From assembly GCA_041493035.1 (NCBI GenBank), contig JBGPYB010000001.1:22999-86998 (forward strand): a stretch of 64,000 nucleotides of DNA, written 5' to 3'. Position 1 is the first letter of the stretch, and each line of letters starts with the position of its first letter. The translations under genes and the position numbers were made by a program. This DNA comes from Vicinamibacteria bacterium. Lineage in GTDB: Bacteria; Acidobacteriota; Vicinamibacteria; Fen-336. Shown piece after piece: positions 53,822 to 64,000 of this stretch. The notes under the pieces were generated by a model. The model was given only the letters and a program-made list of their open reading frames with translations. It was not told where the DNA came from and ran no database searches.

Positions 53822-54913
53822 CTACTCGATCTTCTTGGGAGGCCGCTCGACCACGGACTCCTTCTCCTTGAGCCCGTCGGTCACCTCGACGTTGATGCCG
53901 TCGGAGAGCCCGACCTTGATCTCGCGCTTGGTGGGCTCCGCGTCGCCGACACCCGGGATCTCCACCGTGGACTTGCCGCTGGCGAACGTCACCAGCCGCT
54001 CCGGCACCAGGAGGACGTTGTCCTTCTCCCGCACCACGACGTCGGCGTTGGCGGAGTAGCCCGCCCGGAGGACGACCCCGGGGGACGGCAGCAGCGTGAT
54101 CTCGACGTCGAAGAGGGTGGCTCCTTCGGCAGTCTTCGATTTCGGGGAGATCTTGTAGACCTTGCCGTCCACCTTCGCATCGGGGAGCGCTCCGACCTTG
54201 ATCCGCGCCGGCATCCCCTCCTTCAGTTTGCCCACGTCGATCTCGTCGACGGTTCCCTTGAAGAGCAGCGTCGACATGTCGGCGAGGCTCGTGAGAGCCG
54301 TGCCGGCTTGATAGGAGGTGAGCGGAACGACAGGGTCCCCCTCGTGGACGAGCAACTCCAGGACGGTTCCCGTGATGGGCGCCCGGATGATCGACTCCAC
54401 GTTCATGTGCTCGCTCCGCACGTGCCCCTTCTCGACCAGCGCGAGGCGCTCCGTGGCCAGGGTCAGGCGGATCTTGGCGTCCTGGATTTCCTTGTCGGCG
54501 ACCTCCCACTCCTGGTTGGCGAGAATCCCCTGGTCCTTCAGGGCCTGGGAGCGGTCGGACTTCCTCTTCGCCTGCTCGAAGATGTTTTGCGCGATCTCGA
54601 CCTCGCGCCGGGCCTCGGTCAGCTCCAGAGGTGTCGGGTCGGGAAGAATCTCGAAGAGGGGATCGCCGGCTTGCACCCGGTCGCCCACCTCGCGATACGA
54701 CCTCTTCACGATCCCTGAGATCTTGCTCTTCACCGCGATCTCGCGATCGGGGCGGATCGAGCCAACGGCGAGAGCTTTCTCCACGACGATGCCGCGGACG
54801 ATGTCCACGGTCTTGAACGCCTTGTCCTTCTTCGAGAGGTTGTGGCTGTAGAGAGCCGCCGACAGCCCCGCGGCGATCACGACCACGGCGACGCCGACGA
54901 TGCCCTTGCGCAT
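53822..54913 (-). CDS. Periplasmic adaptor (HlyD/MacA family membrane fusion protein)
   Basis: N-terminal anchor, coiled-coil hairpin and beta-barrel/lipoyl-like motifs (SGIVKRSY.VGD.V..GDPLFEI). Confidence 0.85.
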   Translation of the reverse strand: MRKGIVGVAVVVIAAGLSAALYSHNLSKKDKAFKTVDIVRGIVVEKALAVGSIRPDREIAVKSKISGIVKRSYREVGDRVQAGDPLFEILPDPTPLELTEARREVEIAQNIFEQAKRKSDRSQALKDQGILANQEWEVADKEIQDAKIRLTLATERLALVEKGHVRSEHMNVESIIRAPITGTVLELLVHEGDPVVPLTSYQAGTALTSLADMSTLLFKGTVDEIDVGKLKEGMPARIKVGALPDAKVDGKVYKISPKSKTAEGATLFDVEITLLPSPGVVLRAGYSANADVVVREKDNVLLVPERLVTFASGKSTVEIPGVGDAEPTKREIKVGLSDGINVEVTDGLKEKESVVERPPKKIE

Positions 54914-54978
54914 CCCGCCTCCTCTGGCCCGCTACACCATGAGACGCACGCCGGGGAGCCAGGGTTCAAAAAAAGCGG

Positions 54979-56013
54979 TTACTTCCAGGCCACCTGATTC
55001 TTATAGACGTCTCCTCGATCCGAAGTGATGGTCACGTCCATGGCCCACACACCGACGGTTTCCTTCCAGGTATTGGAGAAGACGCCGATGACCTCCCGCT
55101 GGCGCGGGGCCACCTCACGCAACCGGGGGGCCACGGGCCCGGCCGAAAGCGCGCCGTTCGAAGTAGTGGCCACGAACATCTCTTTGATTCGGATGGGCTT
55201 GGAGCCGTCGTTGATGAGGAAGGCCTTGACGGCATAGCGGTCCCCCGTCTTGACGTGAGCAGGAGCGACCTCGAAGTCGATGCGCCCCACCACGTCCGGG
55301 GCGCGCTTCAGGTCCACGGTCGACGTGTCGAAGCCGGCCAAGCCGCCGGCGGCGCGCTTGTTGCTTTCGGCCGCCGTTCGATCGAAGACGAACTCCCGGC
55401 GTGTGGCCGGCACCGACTCGGTCGCCGGCGCTGGCTTGGGAGCCTCGGCTTGCGGCCGGGGCTCTGACAGGGACTGTGGCTCCGCGGCCCGCGCCGAGGC
55501 CGTGGTCATCCCCGGGAGTGGGCGGGGAGGTGGGGGAGCGGCGCCGCGCGTTGTCGGCGCCAACGGCGGTGGCGCCACCGGGATCGTTGCATCTGGCGCC
55601 GCGGCACCCCTCGAAATCGCCGCAGGCTCGCTCGTGGCCGTCTGCCGGTCGCGGTACACGGTGACGTCGAGTGGCGCCGAGGCTCGGTCTCCGGCCAGGA
55701 CGCGAACTGCGAGCCGCGACTCCCCACCCTCGGCGATGGCGAGTTGGGGGACCTCGACGCGCACCTCGTCGGCCTTGGCGCTCACGACCCGCCCCGTCTG
55801 GTCTCCGAAAAGCACGATGTTCGCCTGGGGCGTCGCCTCGAACAAAGAGCCTGTGAGGACGATGGTGTCGCCCGGATGGGCGCGCGCTGGCGTGACCGCT
55901 GTGACCACCGGCCCGCGTGTCCGAGTCAGCACGATCGTGGCGGGCACCGCGATCAGCACCCCCGCCAGAAGGGCGAGGACGACGGCACCGACACTGGATC
56001 GCGGCTCCGGCAT
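54979..56013 (-). CDS. Membrane-anchored IPT/TIG-domain protein, otherwise unknown
   Basis: N-terminal TM followed by PVVTAVTPARAHPGDTIVLTGSLF (IPT/TIG-like), a Pro/Ala-rich linker and a C-terminal beta-rich domain. Confidence 0.6.
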   Translation of the reverse strand: MPEPRSSVGAVVLALLAGVLIAVPATIVLTRTRGPVVTAVTPARAHPGDTIVLTGSLFEATPQANIVLFGDQTGRVVSAKADEVRVEVPQLAIAEGGESRLAVRVLAGDRASAPLDVTVYRDRQTATSEPAAISRGAAAPDATIPVAPPPLAPTTRGAAPPPPRPLPGMTTASARAAEPQSLSEPRPQAEAPKPAPATESVPATRREFVFDRTAAESNKRAAGGLAGFDTSTVDLKRAPDVVGRIDFEVAPAHVKTGDRYAVKAFLINDGSKPIRIKEMFVATTSNGALSAGPVAPRLREVAPRQREVIGVFSNTWKETVGVWAMDVTITSDRGDVYKNQVAWK

Positions 56014-56179
56014 GGGTCAGCGTGACACGAGGAGCGTCGCGACGAGTCCGATTCGTCGCCTCAGCGTCCGCGAAGGTGTGGCATGACTCCCTGGAGCGGG
56101 GGTGTTCATGAGATCTACAAGTCTACTCCTCTTGACGTGGCGCCGCGCGCAGACTTGGTGGCCGACGCCCTGACGCGCA

Positions 56180-57829
<1,650 letters not shown>

Positions 57830-57887
57830 CAGCAGGTTTCCATGCCGCGCATCCTAGCGGCGCCCTCCAGCGGCGGCAACCAGGGGA

Positions 57888-59027
57888 TCACCTCGGCTGG
57901 CGAAAGGCGCCGATGAGGCGCGCCACGGCCTCGGCCGCCCGGCACAGGTTGTCGTCAGCCGCCGACAACGCCTCGCCGAGGGATGCCGGTCCCGGCACGA
58001 GCGTCTGTACGGCCACCAGACCTCGCGCGTAGAGCGACTCGTAACCGGAAGAGACGCTTCCCGCAAAGGCGACGACGGGAACCCGCTGCCGGCCGGCTCT
58101 CTCGACAACCCCCGCGATCACCTTGCCGGAGGGCGTCTGAGCGTCGATGCGGCCTTCCCCCGTGAAGACGGCGGTGGCGCCCTGGATCGCCTGATCGAAG
58201 TTCAGGGCGTCCAGGACCAGGCCGATTCCGGGGACGAGCGTTGCGCCGCAGGCCGCGAGGCCGGCGCCCAGCCCGCCGGCCGCCCCCCCGCCGACGAGCG
58301 TCCCCACTTCGATCCCCGTGTCACGTCGGAGAACGCGAGCGAAATGCCGCAGGTTCTCGTCGAGACGCAAGACGATCTCAGGCGTCGCCCCCTTCTGCGG
58401 GCCGAACACGAAGCTCGCTCCCTGAGCGCCGTGGAGCAGGGTCGTGACGTCGCAGGCCACGCGCATCTCCACCGTGGCGAGGCGCGCATCGAGAGTACGG
58501 AGATCGATGCGTGAGAGGCTAGCCAGCGCTCCTCCCCCTCGGCCGATCGGGCGGCCGCTCTCATCCTGAAGCTGGGCTCCGAGAGCCTGGAGAGCACCCG
58601 CGCCCGCGTCGTTCGTGGCGCTCCCTCCGATCCCGACGATGAGGCGTGCCGCCCCGCGGTCGAGTGCCGCTCGGATCAGCTCTCCGGTCCCGTGGGTCGT
58701 CGTGAGCAGGGGGTCACGGCTCTCCGGCGCCACCAGGTGCAGGCCGCTCGCCTCCGCCATTTCCACCACCGCCGTGACGCCATCGCCGAGAACGCCGTAT
58801 CGGGCCACGACGGGTTTGCCGAGCGGCCCCGTGACCGTGACTTCGTGAAGCGTCCCGCCGGAGGCCCAGACCAGCGTCTCGGTCGTCCCCTCGCCGCCGT
58901 CCGCGACTGGAAGGAGGACGATCTCGGCCTCCGGAAGAGCCAAGCGAATCCCGCGTTCCATTGCCTCCGCCGCGCGCCGAGCCGTCAGGCTCTCCTTGAA
59001 GGAATCGGGAGCGAGAACGAATTTCAT
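57888..59027 (-). CDS. Glycerate kinase
   Basis: Internal ATG 59027 (MKFVLAPDSFKESLTA...). PVADGGEGT and GEGRIDAQTPSGKV motifs. Confidence 0.85.
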   Translation of the reverse strand: MKFVLAPDSFKESLTARRAAEAMERGIRLALPEAEIVLLPVADGGEGTTETLVWASGGTLHEVTVTGPLGKPVVARYGVLGDGVTAVVEMAEASGLHLVAPESRDPLLTTTHGTGELIRAALDRGAARLIVGIGGSATNDAGAGALQALGAQLQDESGRPIGRGGGALASLSRIDLRTLDARLATVEMRVACDVTTLLHGAQGASFVFGPQKGATPEIVLRLDENLRHFARVLRRDTGIEVGTLVGGGAAGGLGAGLAACGATLVPGIGLVLDALNFDQAIQGATAVFTGEGRIDAQTPSGKVIAGVVERAGRQRVPVVAFAGSVSSGYESLYARGLVAVQTLVPGPASLGEALSAADDNLCRAAEAVARLIGAFRQPR

Positions 59028-59103
59028 GAGCGGACCGAGGATACCTGTCTCCGCGTCGCGCGTGAAGCGTGCAAACCGGGTCGCCTCTCGCGTAGATTGG
59101 TGC

Positions 59104-59583
59104 GTGGACTCCGACCGGCTGAGACGGCTGATCCTGAGCCCGGTCGGGTTCTGGCTCTGGCGCTGGCGCAACCTGCCCCTCGCCGCCTTCGCCGGTCTTC
59201 GGGTCGAAAGCATCGACGATACGTCCGCCGTCGTGCGCCTTCCCGGCGGATGGCGCTCCCGGAATCCCTTCCGCTCGACCTACTTCGCCGCCCAGGCCAT
59301 GGCGGCCGAGATGTCCACTGGCGCCCCGCTCCTTGTCCTGGCGGCGGCGTCCGGCGCCTCCATCGCCACCCTCATCACGGGGATCGAGGGGGTCTTCGTC
59401 AAGAAGCTCGTCGGTCCTGGGCGCTTCACGTTCGACGATGTGGCGGGGATGCGCGCGGCGGTCTCGCGGGCCGCCGAGACCGGCAACCCCGAGGCGTTCA
59501 AGGCGCGCTCGGTGGCGCGCGACGCCGCGGGGGACGTCGTCTCGGAATGGACCCTGGCCTGGTCCCTGAAGCGCCGAGGCTGA
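59104..59583 (+). CDS. DUF4442-like hotdog-fold protein
   Basis: FAGLRVESIDDTSAVVRLPGGWRSRNPFRSTYFAAQAMAAE. The start is uncertain. GTG 59104 was chosen because the listed start overlaps the glycerate kinase start. Confidence 0.55.
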   Translation: MDSDRLRRLILSPVGFWLWRWRNLPLAAFAGLRVESIDDTSAVVRLPGGWRSRNPFRSTYFAAQAMAAEMSTGAPLLVLAAASGASIATLITGIEGVFVKKLVGPGRFTFDDVAGMRAAVSRAAETGNPEAFKARSVARDAAGDVVSEWTLAWSLKRRG

Positions 59584-59665
59584 TCAGCAGGTGTGCTTGA
59601 TGAGAAGGATGTGGTCCACGGCCGAGGTGTATGATACGCCCGGCGTGAGGACCGCAACTGAGGCT

Positions 59666-60289
59666 ATGAGATCGCGCGTCCGTTACCTCGCCCCCCTGGT
59701 CGGCGCCGCTCTCCTGGCGAGCGCCCATTCTCGAGCGGACGACTTCACCGAGCCCAAGAGCGGCGTCGCGTTTCCCCTGAAGCGCGACGGCGCCTCGCTC
59801 CTCGGGGCGGGCCTTCGGGTCAAGAAGATCGCCTTCGTCAAGGTCAAGGTCTACGCGGCGGCGCTCTACGTGGCCGACGACGCCCTCGCCGGACCACTCG
59901 CCGTACACAAGGGCAAGACCACCGAGGCGGCCTTCTTCAAGGACCTGGTCTGGGGGGACTTCCCGAAGGAAGTCGTCCTCCACTTCACCCGCGACCTGGG
60001 GCAGGGGCGGATTCAAGAAGCGATGCGCGAGGCGCTCTCGGGAGCGGAAAAGGAGCCCCTCGACACGTTCATCGGCTACTTCCCTCAGGTCCGGACGGGA
60101 GACGAGTGCGTCCTCCGCTGGGGATCCGGCGGCGTTCTCGAAGCGGTGATGGCGGGAAACCCAAGACCACCCATCGCCGACAAGACTTTCGCCGCTGCGG
60201 TCTTCGCTCTCTACGTGGGCGAGGCGCCGTTGCAGGAAGACCTGAAGGCCGACCTCGTCTCGCGCGCCGCTGCCCTGCTCAAGCCGTAG
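59666..60289 (+). CDS. Secreted chalcone-isomerase-like (CHI-fold) protein
   Basis: ATG 59666 followed by a signal peptide (LAPLVGAALLASAHS). GAGLRVKKIAFVKVKVYAAALYV is typical of CHI-like proteins. Confidence 0.65.
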   Translation: MRSRVRYLAPLVGAALLASAHSRADDFTEPKSGVAFPLKRDGASLLGAGLRVKKIAFVKVKVYAAALYVADDALAGPLAVHKGKTTEAAFFKDLVWGDFPKEVVLHFTRDLGQGRIQEAMREALSGAEKEPLDTFIGYFPQVRTGDECVLRWGSGGVLEAVMAGNPRPPIADKTFAAAVFALYVGEAPLQEDLKADLVSRAAALLKP

Positions 60290-60416
60290 TCGCAACGAAC
60301 CACAGAGACGCAGAGAAGGAAAACGGAAGGGACAACCACGGAGACACGGAGATCACGGAGAAAAGGGCGCGGACGAAGAGGCAAGTCAGACACTCGGGTC
60401 GCGCCCCGAGCGTCCG

Positions 60417-63400
60417 TCACCGAGCGGGCGTGACCTTGTCTCCAGGGGTCGCCGCCAGCACCCGGCCCGTCCCCTTCTCGAAGAGCACCAGCCGCGCACG
60501 CCCCGCGCCCACTGGAACGTCGAACGCGCGGCCGTCGACGGTCATGCGGCGCACGCCTGCGCCCGCCGTTTCGTTGGCGCAGACCGCGAGCGTGGCCCGG
60601 GGCGCCTTCAGCAGCCGGGCGACGATCCGCGTCTCCGAGGGCTGCGTCTCGACGCCGGCCGCCTGGAGCGCCGCGCCCAGAAGGGTCACCAGCGGCTCCG
60701 TCTCCCGGGCGAATTCGAGAGGGAGGGGCTCGTGCCAGACGGCGCCCTCGAGCTTCGTCGGCTCGGGGTTCGAGCTCCGGCGCATCTTCTCCGACAGCAG
60801 GCCTTCGAACGTCGCCCAGCGCCCGCCCCACGTCGTCGGCTCGTGGAGAGCGAGGGGGCGACCCGCGTCGAGGATGCCGAGGGCACGGAGGGACTCCGTA
60901 GACCGTCCGTAGGGATCTCCCTCGATCGCGCCCGTGACCAGGACCCGTGTCCCGGCCTTCGAGGCCTCGAGAAGTGCCTTGGCGGCCCCTTCTTCGAGCA
61001 CCTCGGGAGAGGGGACCACGATGAGACGCGCCCCTCGTAGGCGGTCGGCCGTCAAACGCAGTTCCGACAGCGCCGTCGGGACTACACCGTAGCGCTCGGC
61101 CAGAACCCGGACGACTCGCTTCGTGGCGTCCACGCCCCCCGGGCGTCCGGTGAAGAGGCGCGAGTGAGGGATCACGAGGACGACGGGGTCGACCTCGAAG
61201 TCGTCGAGGAAGGGGGCCGCGCCCTGGAAGAACGCCGCGAACTCCGACAGCACCTCCAGCTCGGGTTTCGCGGTGCCATCAACGCGGAAGATGCCGATCA
61301 CCGCCTCGTTGTCGATCGGCTGGTAGGGGTTGATGTTCCAGGCCCACTGGACGGCCCCGGCTCCGCGGGATGCGAAGGCGTAGGCGAACTTGCGCTCCAG
61401 GAGGTTGGCTGCGACTGCTGGCGTTCGCCAGTGGTTCCCGTCCAGATCCTCGAGGCGCATCAGGCCCGTCTCCTGATGCAGGCTCGCCTTTTCGGGCACC
61501 TTCGCCATGACACCGTCCCAGAGGAGATCGTCGTTGTTCCACCACGTGTGGACCGCCGTGTAGTCGAGGGCGTCGTAGTAGAGTTGTTGCGCCGGACGCG
61601 TCCCCGTTCCCCCTTCGTCCTGCCCGAGCGTGACGAGCACGTCTCCACCCGCTGCCCTCAAGGTATCGCGAAGCGTTCGCGCCCAACCCGCCACGACCCA
61701 CTGCGAGAACTCGGCGAAGTCGCGGGCCTTCCGGGGCCGGCGGTTTTCTCGGATGAAGTTCTGGCCGATCTCGTCCCCCTTTGGCATCGCCAGCAGGTCC
61801 CCCGACGCTTCACGCCAGAGATCACGGATCGCCCCTTCGTCGTCGCCGTGCTTGTTGCGCAGCCACTCGGCCCAGGCCCCGCGCTCGTTGTCGTCCCGGA
61901 TCGGGAGGTTGTGCCAGACCCCTTCCGGTGGAGCGTATGACGGCTCGTTGATCAAGTCCCAATGGATCCACGGCACGCCACGGTAGCGGCTGGCCAGGAG
62001 CGTCAGAAGCGCCTTCTGCCCTTCGAGCGCCCGCGGGTCCAGATAGGGATGGGTGCCGCCGTAGCTCGGAGGTATGAACGCGAAAAGGTTGAAGCAGACG
62101 GGAATGCCGTGCTTCGCCGCCGAGAGAACGTAGGCGTCGAGCGCCGAGAGGACGCCCTCGTCCAGCGCCCCCGGGTCGAGCATCGCCCGGACCCAACCGG
62201 TCCAGAGCCCGGTGCGGACGAAGTTCACGCCGCGCCGCGCCATCTCGGCGAAGTCCCGATCCCAGGCGTGGGGGTTCGGCTCGAAGAGGAACTTGCGATG
62301 CACGTCGGAAGCCATGTACGTCGTGCCGATGATCGGCGTCACGTGTCCGTCACGCCGGATCCAGTCGCGGGACGCGGAGAGCCGTGGGCCACTCGCCAGA
62401 AGCGCCGCGTCCTTCACCCAGAACCCGGTCGTCACGGTTCCCGGACGGAGGGCCCCGTCAGGAAGCCGCACCTCCGCGTGGTAGAGCCCAGCCGCCAGGG
62501 GAGCCGCGGTCGTCACGCGGACGGTGCCGGTCCGGAACTCCGCCGGTCCCTCGAGGAGCGCGTCTCCCTCGAAGACGACGCGCCCGTCGTCCCCTCGCAC
62601 CGCGACCGCGGCGCGCCTCGTCAGCGCCTCGCCCGCTCGAAGCCACGGACGTGACACGACAACTCGTATCGAGGTGGATTCCCCGGGCTCGACGCTGGCC
62701 CGCACGGGGCGCGCCTCCACCTGGCTCGGGCCTTCGAGGGCCCGCTCCACGGCCTCCCGGATTGCAGCAACAGGAAGTGTCGCGTCGGAGGGAGCCAGGA
62801 TCCAACGCCCTCCGGCTCCGTCCCCGCGGAGCCGATCGACCTCGAGGAGCGGGCAGGCCCGCGGCACGCCCGCGGCGTCGACGACGTGGACGAGGGGACG
62901 CACGACCGCATCCCGAGGGCCCGCCGTGCCTTGCTCCTCGGGAAGCTCAGGCCGCGTCGCCAGTCGGAACGTCAGCGCCCAAGCCCGCTTCGGCGCGGGG
63001 ATCGTCGTCGTCCATCCCGAGCCCTCGACGGGGCCGCTGCGCAGCGTGGCTCGAAGATCTTCTCTGCGGATCTCGTCGGCGGCGCCGATGAGCAATTCAT
63101 GGGCGAACGTCGGCTGGCGCGTGGCCGCCACGAAACGGGTCGTGCCGGTCGTCTCGCGGATCGGTTGTTGAAACGGGGCGCCCCCCAGGACCACGAGTCC
63201 TCCACCTCCGCGGACGAAAGCCCTAATGGCCGGCCAGGCGTCTACCGGAAAAGCGCTGCCGTACGGAAGGATCAGGAGGTCGACGCGGTCGAGGCGCAGG
63301 CCTTCGGCGAGCGCCGCCGAGGACGCGAGAGTTTCCACGGGCAGGCCGGAGAGAGCCGCGTCGAGTGCGGTGGCGTCGATGGCGGGAGCATCCACGGTGG

Positions 63401-63566
63401 GAAAACCTTCCGCCCGGAAGAGGACCGCCTTCTGCGGTCGGGCCGGGTCACGCCGGCCGGGAGCCTCTCCTTGCGCGGCCAGGAGCTTCGTCGGCCCGAG
63501 GGAAAGGAGGCCCGCACTGAAGACGAGGGCGGTCAGACGGATCCGGCAGTGGCGGAGAGGAAGCAT
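60417..63566 (-). CDS. Large secreted glycoside-hydrolase-like protein (TIM barrel with NEP motif, GH42/GH5-like, flanked by GATase1-like domains)
   Basis: Signal peptide. VNFVRTGLW...IHWDLINEPSY (acid/base-type NEP). The N- and C-terminal LILPYGS.../RLIVVPS... domains resemble GH42 trimerisation-type domains. Confidence 0.65.
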   Translation of the reverse strand: MLPLRHCRIRLTALVFSAGLLSLGPTKLLAAQGEAPGRRDPARPQKAVLFRAEGFPTVDAPAIDATALDAALSGLPVETLASSAALAEGLRLDRVDLLILPYGSAFPVDAWPAIRAFVRGGGGLVVLGGAPFQQPIRETTGTTRFVAATRQPTFAHELLIGAADEIRREDLRATLRSGPVEGSGWTTTIPAPKRAWALTFRLATRPELPEEQGTAGPRDAVVRPLVHVVDAAGVPRACPLLEVDRLRGDGAGGRWILAPSDATLPVAAIREAVERALEGPSQVEARPVRASVEPGESTSIRVVVSRPWLRAGEALTRRAAVAVRGDDGRVVFEGDALLEGPAEFRTGTVRVTTAAPLAAGLYHAEVRLPDGALRPGTVTTGFWVKDAALLASGPRLSASRDWIRRDGHVTPIIGTTYMASDVHRKFLFEPNPHAWDRDFAEMARRGVNFVRTGLWTGWVRAMLDPGALDEGVLSALDAYVLSAAKHGIPVCFNLFAFIPPSYGGTHPYLDPRALEGQKALLTLLASRYRGVPWIHWDLINEPSYAPPEGVWHNLPIRDDNERGAWAEWLRNKHGDDEGAIRDLWREASGDLLAMPKGDEIGQNFIRENRRPRKARDFAEFSQWVVAGWARTLRDTLRAAGGDVLVTLGQDEGGTGTRPAQQLYYDALDYTAVHTWWNNDDLLWDGVMAKVPEKASLHQETGLMRLEDLDGNHWRTPAVAANLLERKFAYAFASRGAGAVQWAWNINPYQPIDNEAVIGIFRVDGTAKPELEVLSEFAAFFQGAAPFLDDFEVDPVVLVIPHSRLFTGRPGGVDATKRVVRVLAERYGVVPTALSELRLTADRLRGARLIVVPSPEVLEEGAAKALLEASKAGTRVLVTGAIEGDPYGRSTESLRALGILDAGRPLALHEPTTWGGRWATFEGLLSEKMRRSSNPEPTKLEGAVWHEPLPLEFARETEPLVTLLGAALQAAGVETQPSETRIVARLLKAPRATLAVCANETAGAGVRRMTVDGRAFDVPVGAGRARLVLFEKGTGRVLAATPGDKVTPAR

Positions 63567-63599
63567 GGGGCGCAGGGTACGGGGAATCGCCCCGACCGG

Positions 63600-64000
63600 T
63601 CAATGCGGCAGACCCGCCGATCGCGCGACGGTCCTTATCGTCTCGGCGCTCTGGAGGAGGGCCTCCCGCTCCGCGTCGACGAGGCGCAGCGGTGCCAGAT
63701 CGAGGGCGCCTCTCCGGCTCACGAGGCGGGGGAGCGAGAGGGTGACCGGCGAGAGGCCGTGGGCTCCGTCCACGCGAGACGATACGGGCAGGACCGCGTG
63801 CTCGTCGCCCAGGATCGCCTCGAGGATCCGGGTGGTGGCGAGGCCGATGGCGTAGTGGGTCGCACCCTTGCCCCGGATCACTTCGTAGGCCGCGTCCCTC
63901 ACCGAGGCGAAGATCGCCTCCCGCTCTCCGTCCCGGAAAGGGCGCCCTCGGGACGCGAGCCAGTCCTCCACGGGGGCGCCCGCGATCGTCGCGCTCGACC
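63600..64000 (-). CDS. ldh: L-lactate dehydrogenase, C-terminal part (gene continues off the right edge)
   Basis: ...SSATIAGAPVEDW...VIRGKGATHYAIGLATTRILEAILGDEHAVLPVSS. The frame is open to position 64000. Confidence 0.75.
   Translation of the reverse strand, partial: SSATIAGAPVEDWLASRGRPFRDGEREAIFASVRDAAYEVIRGKGATHYAIGLATTRILEAILGDEHAVLPVSSRVDGAHGLSPVTLSLPRLVSRRGALDLAPLRLVDAEREALLQSAETIRTVARSAGLPH

Noticed and set aside
51319-54913. The MacA-like adaptor, two FtsX permeases and ATPase as a novel export system for the nearby RiPP-like products
   Set aside because: This is the common MacAB/DevCA-like four-gene arrangement. It is 6-10 kb away from both peptide loci and separated from them by housekeeping genes. 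The sequence shows nothing that ties them together.

Overview
High-GC bacterial chromosomal segment. Third codon positions are almost all G/C, so every real gene is shadowed by long spurious antisense ORFs. I support about 60 protein genes and one tRNA. I saw no rRNA, CRISPR array, transposase or integrase.

Layout:
- 0.1-8.7 kb: a complete System I cytochrome c maturation operon (ccmABCDEFGHI) ending in a VKOR-thioredoxin fusion. All ten genes are joined by 4-nt start/stop overlaps.
- 8.8-22.6 kb: housekeeping and miscellaneous genes: FHA protein, DUF971, CDF transporter, unknown 560-aa Rossmann protein, processive GT2 synthase, lone larB, mutS2-dnaG-rpoD, DUF4143 ATPase.
- 22.8-27 kb: a TAT-exported three-subunit molybdenum hydroxylase plus a small Cys protein.
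- 27-34 kb: YcaQ-like glycosylase, Gfo/Idh/MocA oxidoreductase and envelope proteins.
- 34.3-44.8 kb: the most interesting region, a convergent two-arm RiPP-like locus. One arm carries a PF14907-type nucleotidyltransferase, a 1364-aa secreted C25 (gingipain-like) peptidase and an unlisted 54-aa Pro-rich peptide ending in Ser. The other arm is a translationally coupled operon: BY-kinase (Wzc-like), a soluble signal-peptidase-like protein with Cys at the nucleophile position, an HPr-kinase-like P-loop kinase, PqqD and a radical SAM/SPASM(twitch) enzyme.
- 44.9 kb: tRNA-Met.
- 45.0-47.2 kb: a DUF692 (MNIO)/DUF2063 pair with a Sec-exported 12-Cys precursor (bufferin-like).
- 47.4-64 kb: housekeeping genes (RNase H, PgeF, AcpS, MacAB-like efflux, Pgm, glycerate kinase, a large GH-like protein, partial Ldh).

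All family assignments are by-eye motif recognition. No database search was run.
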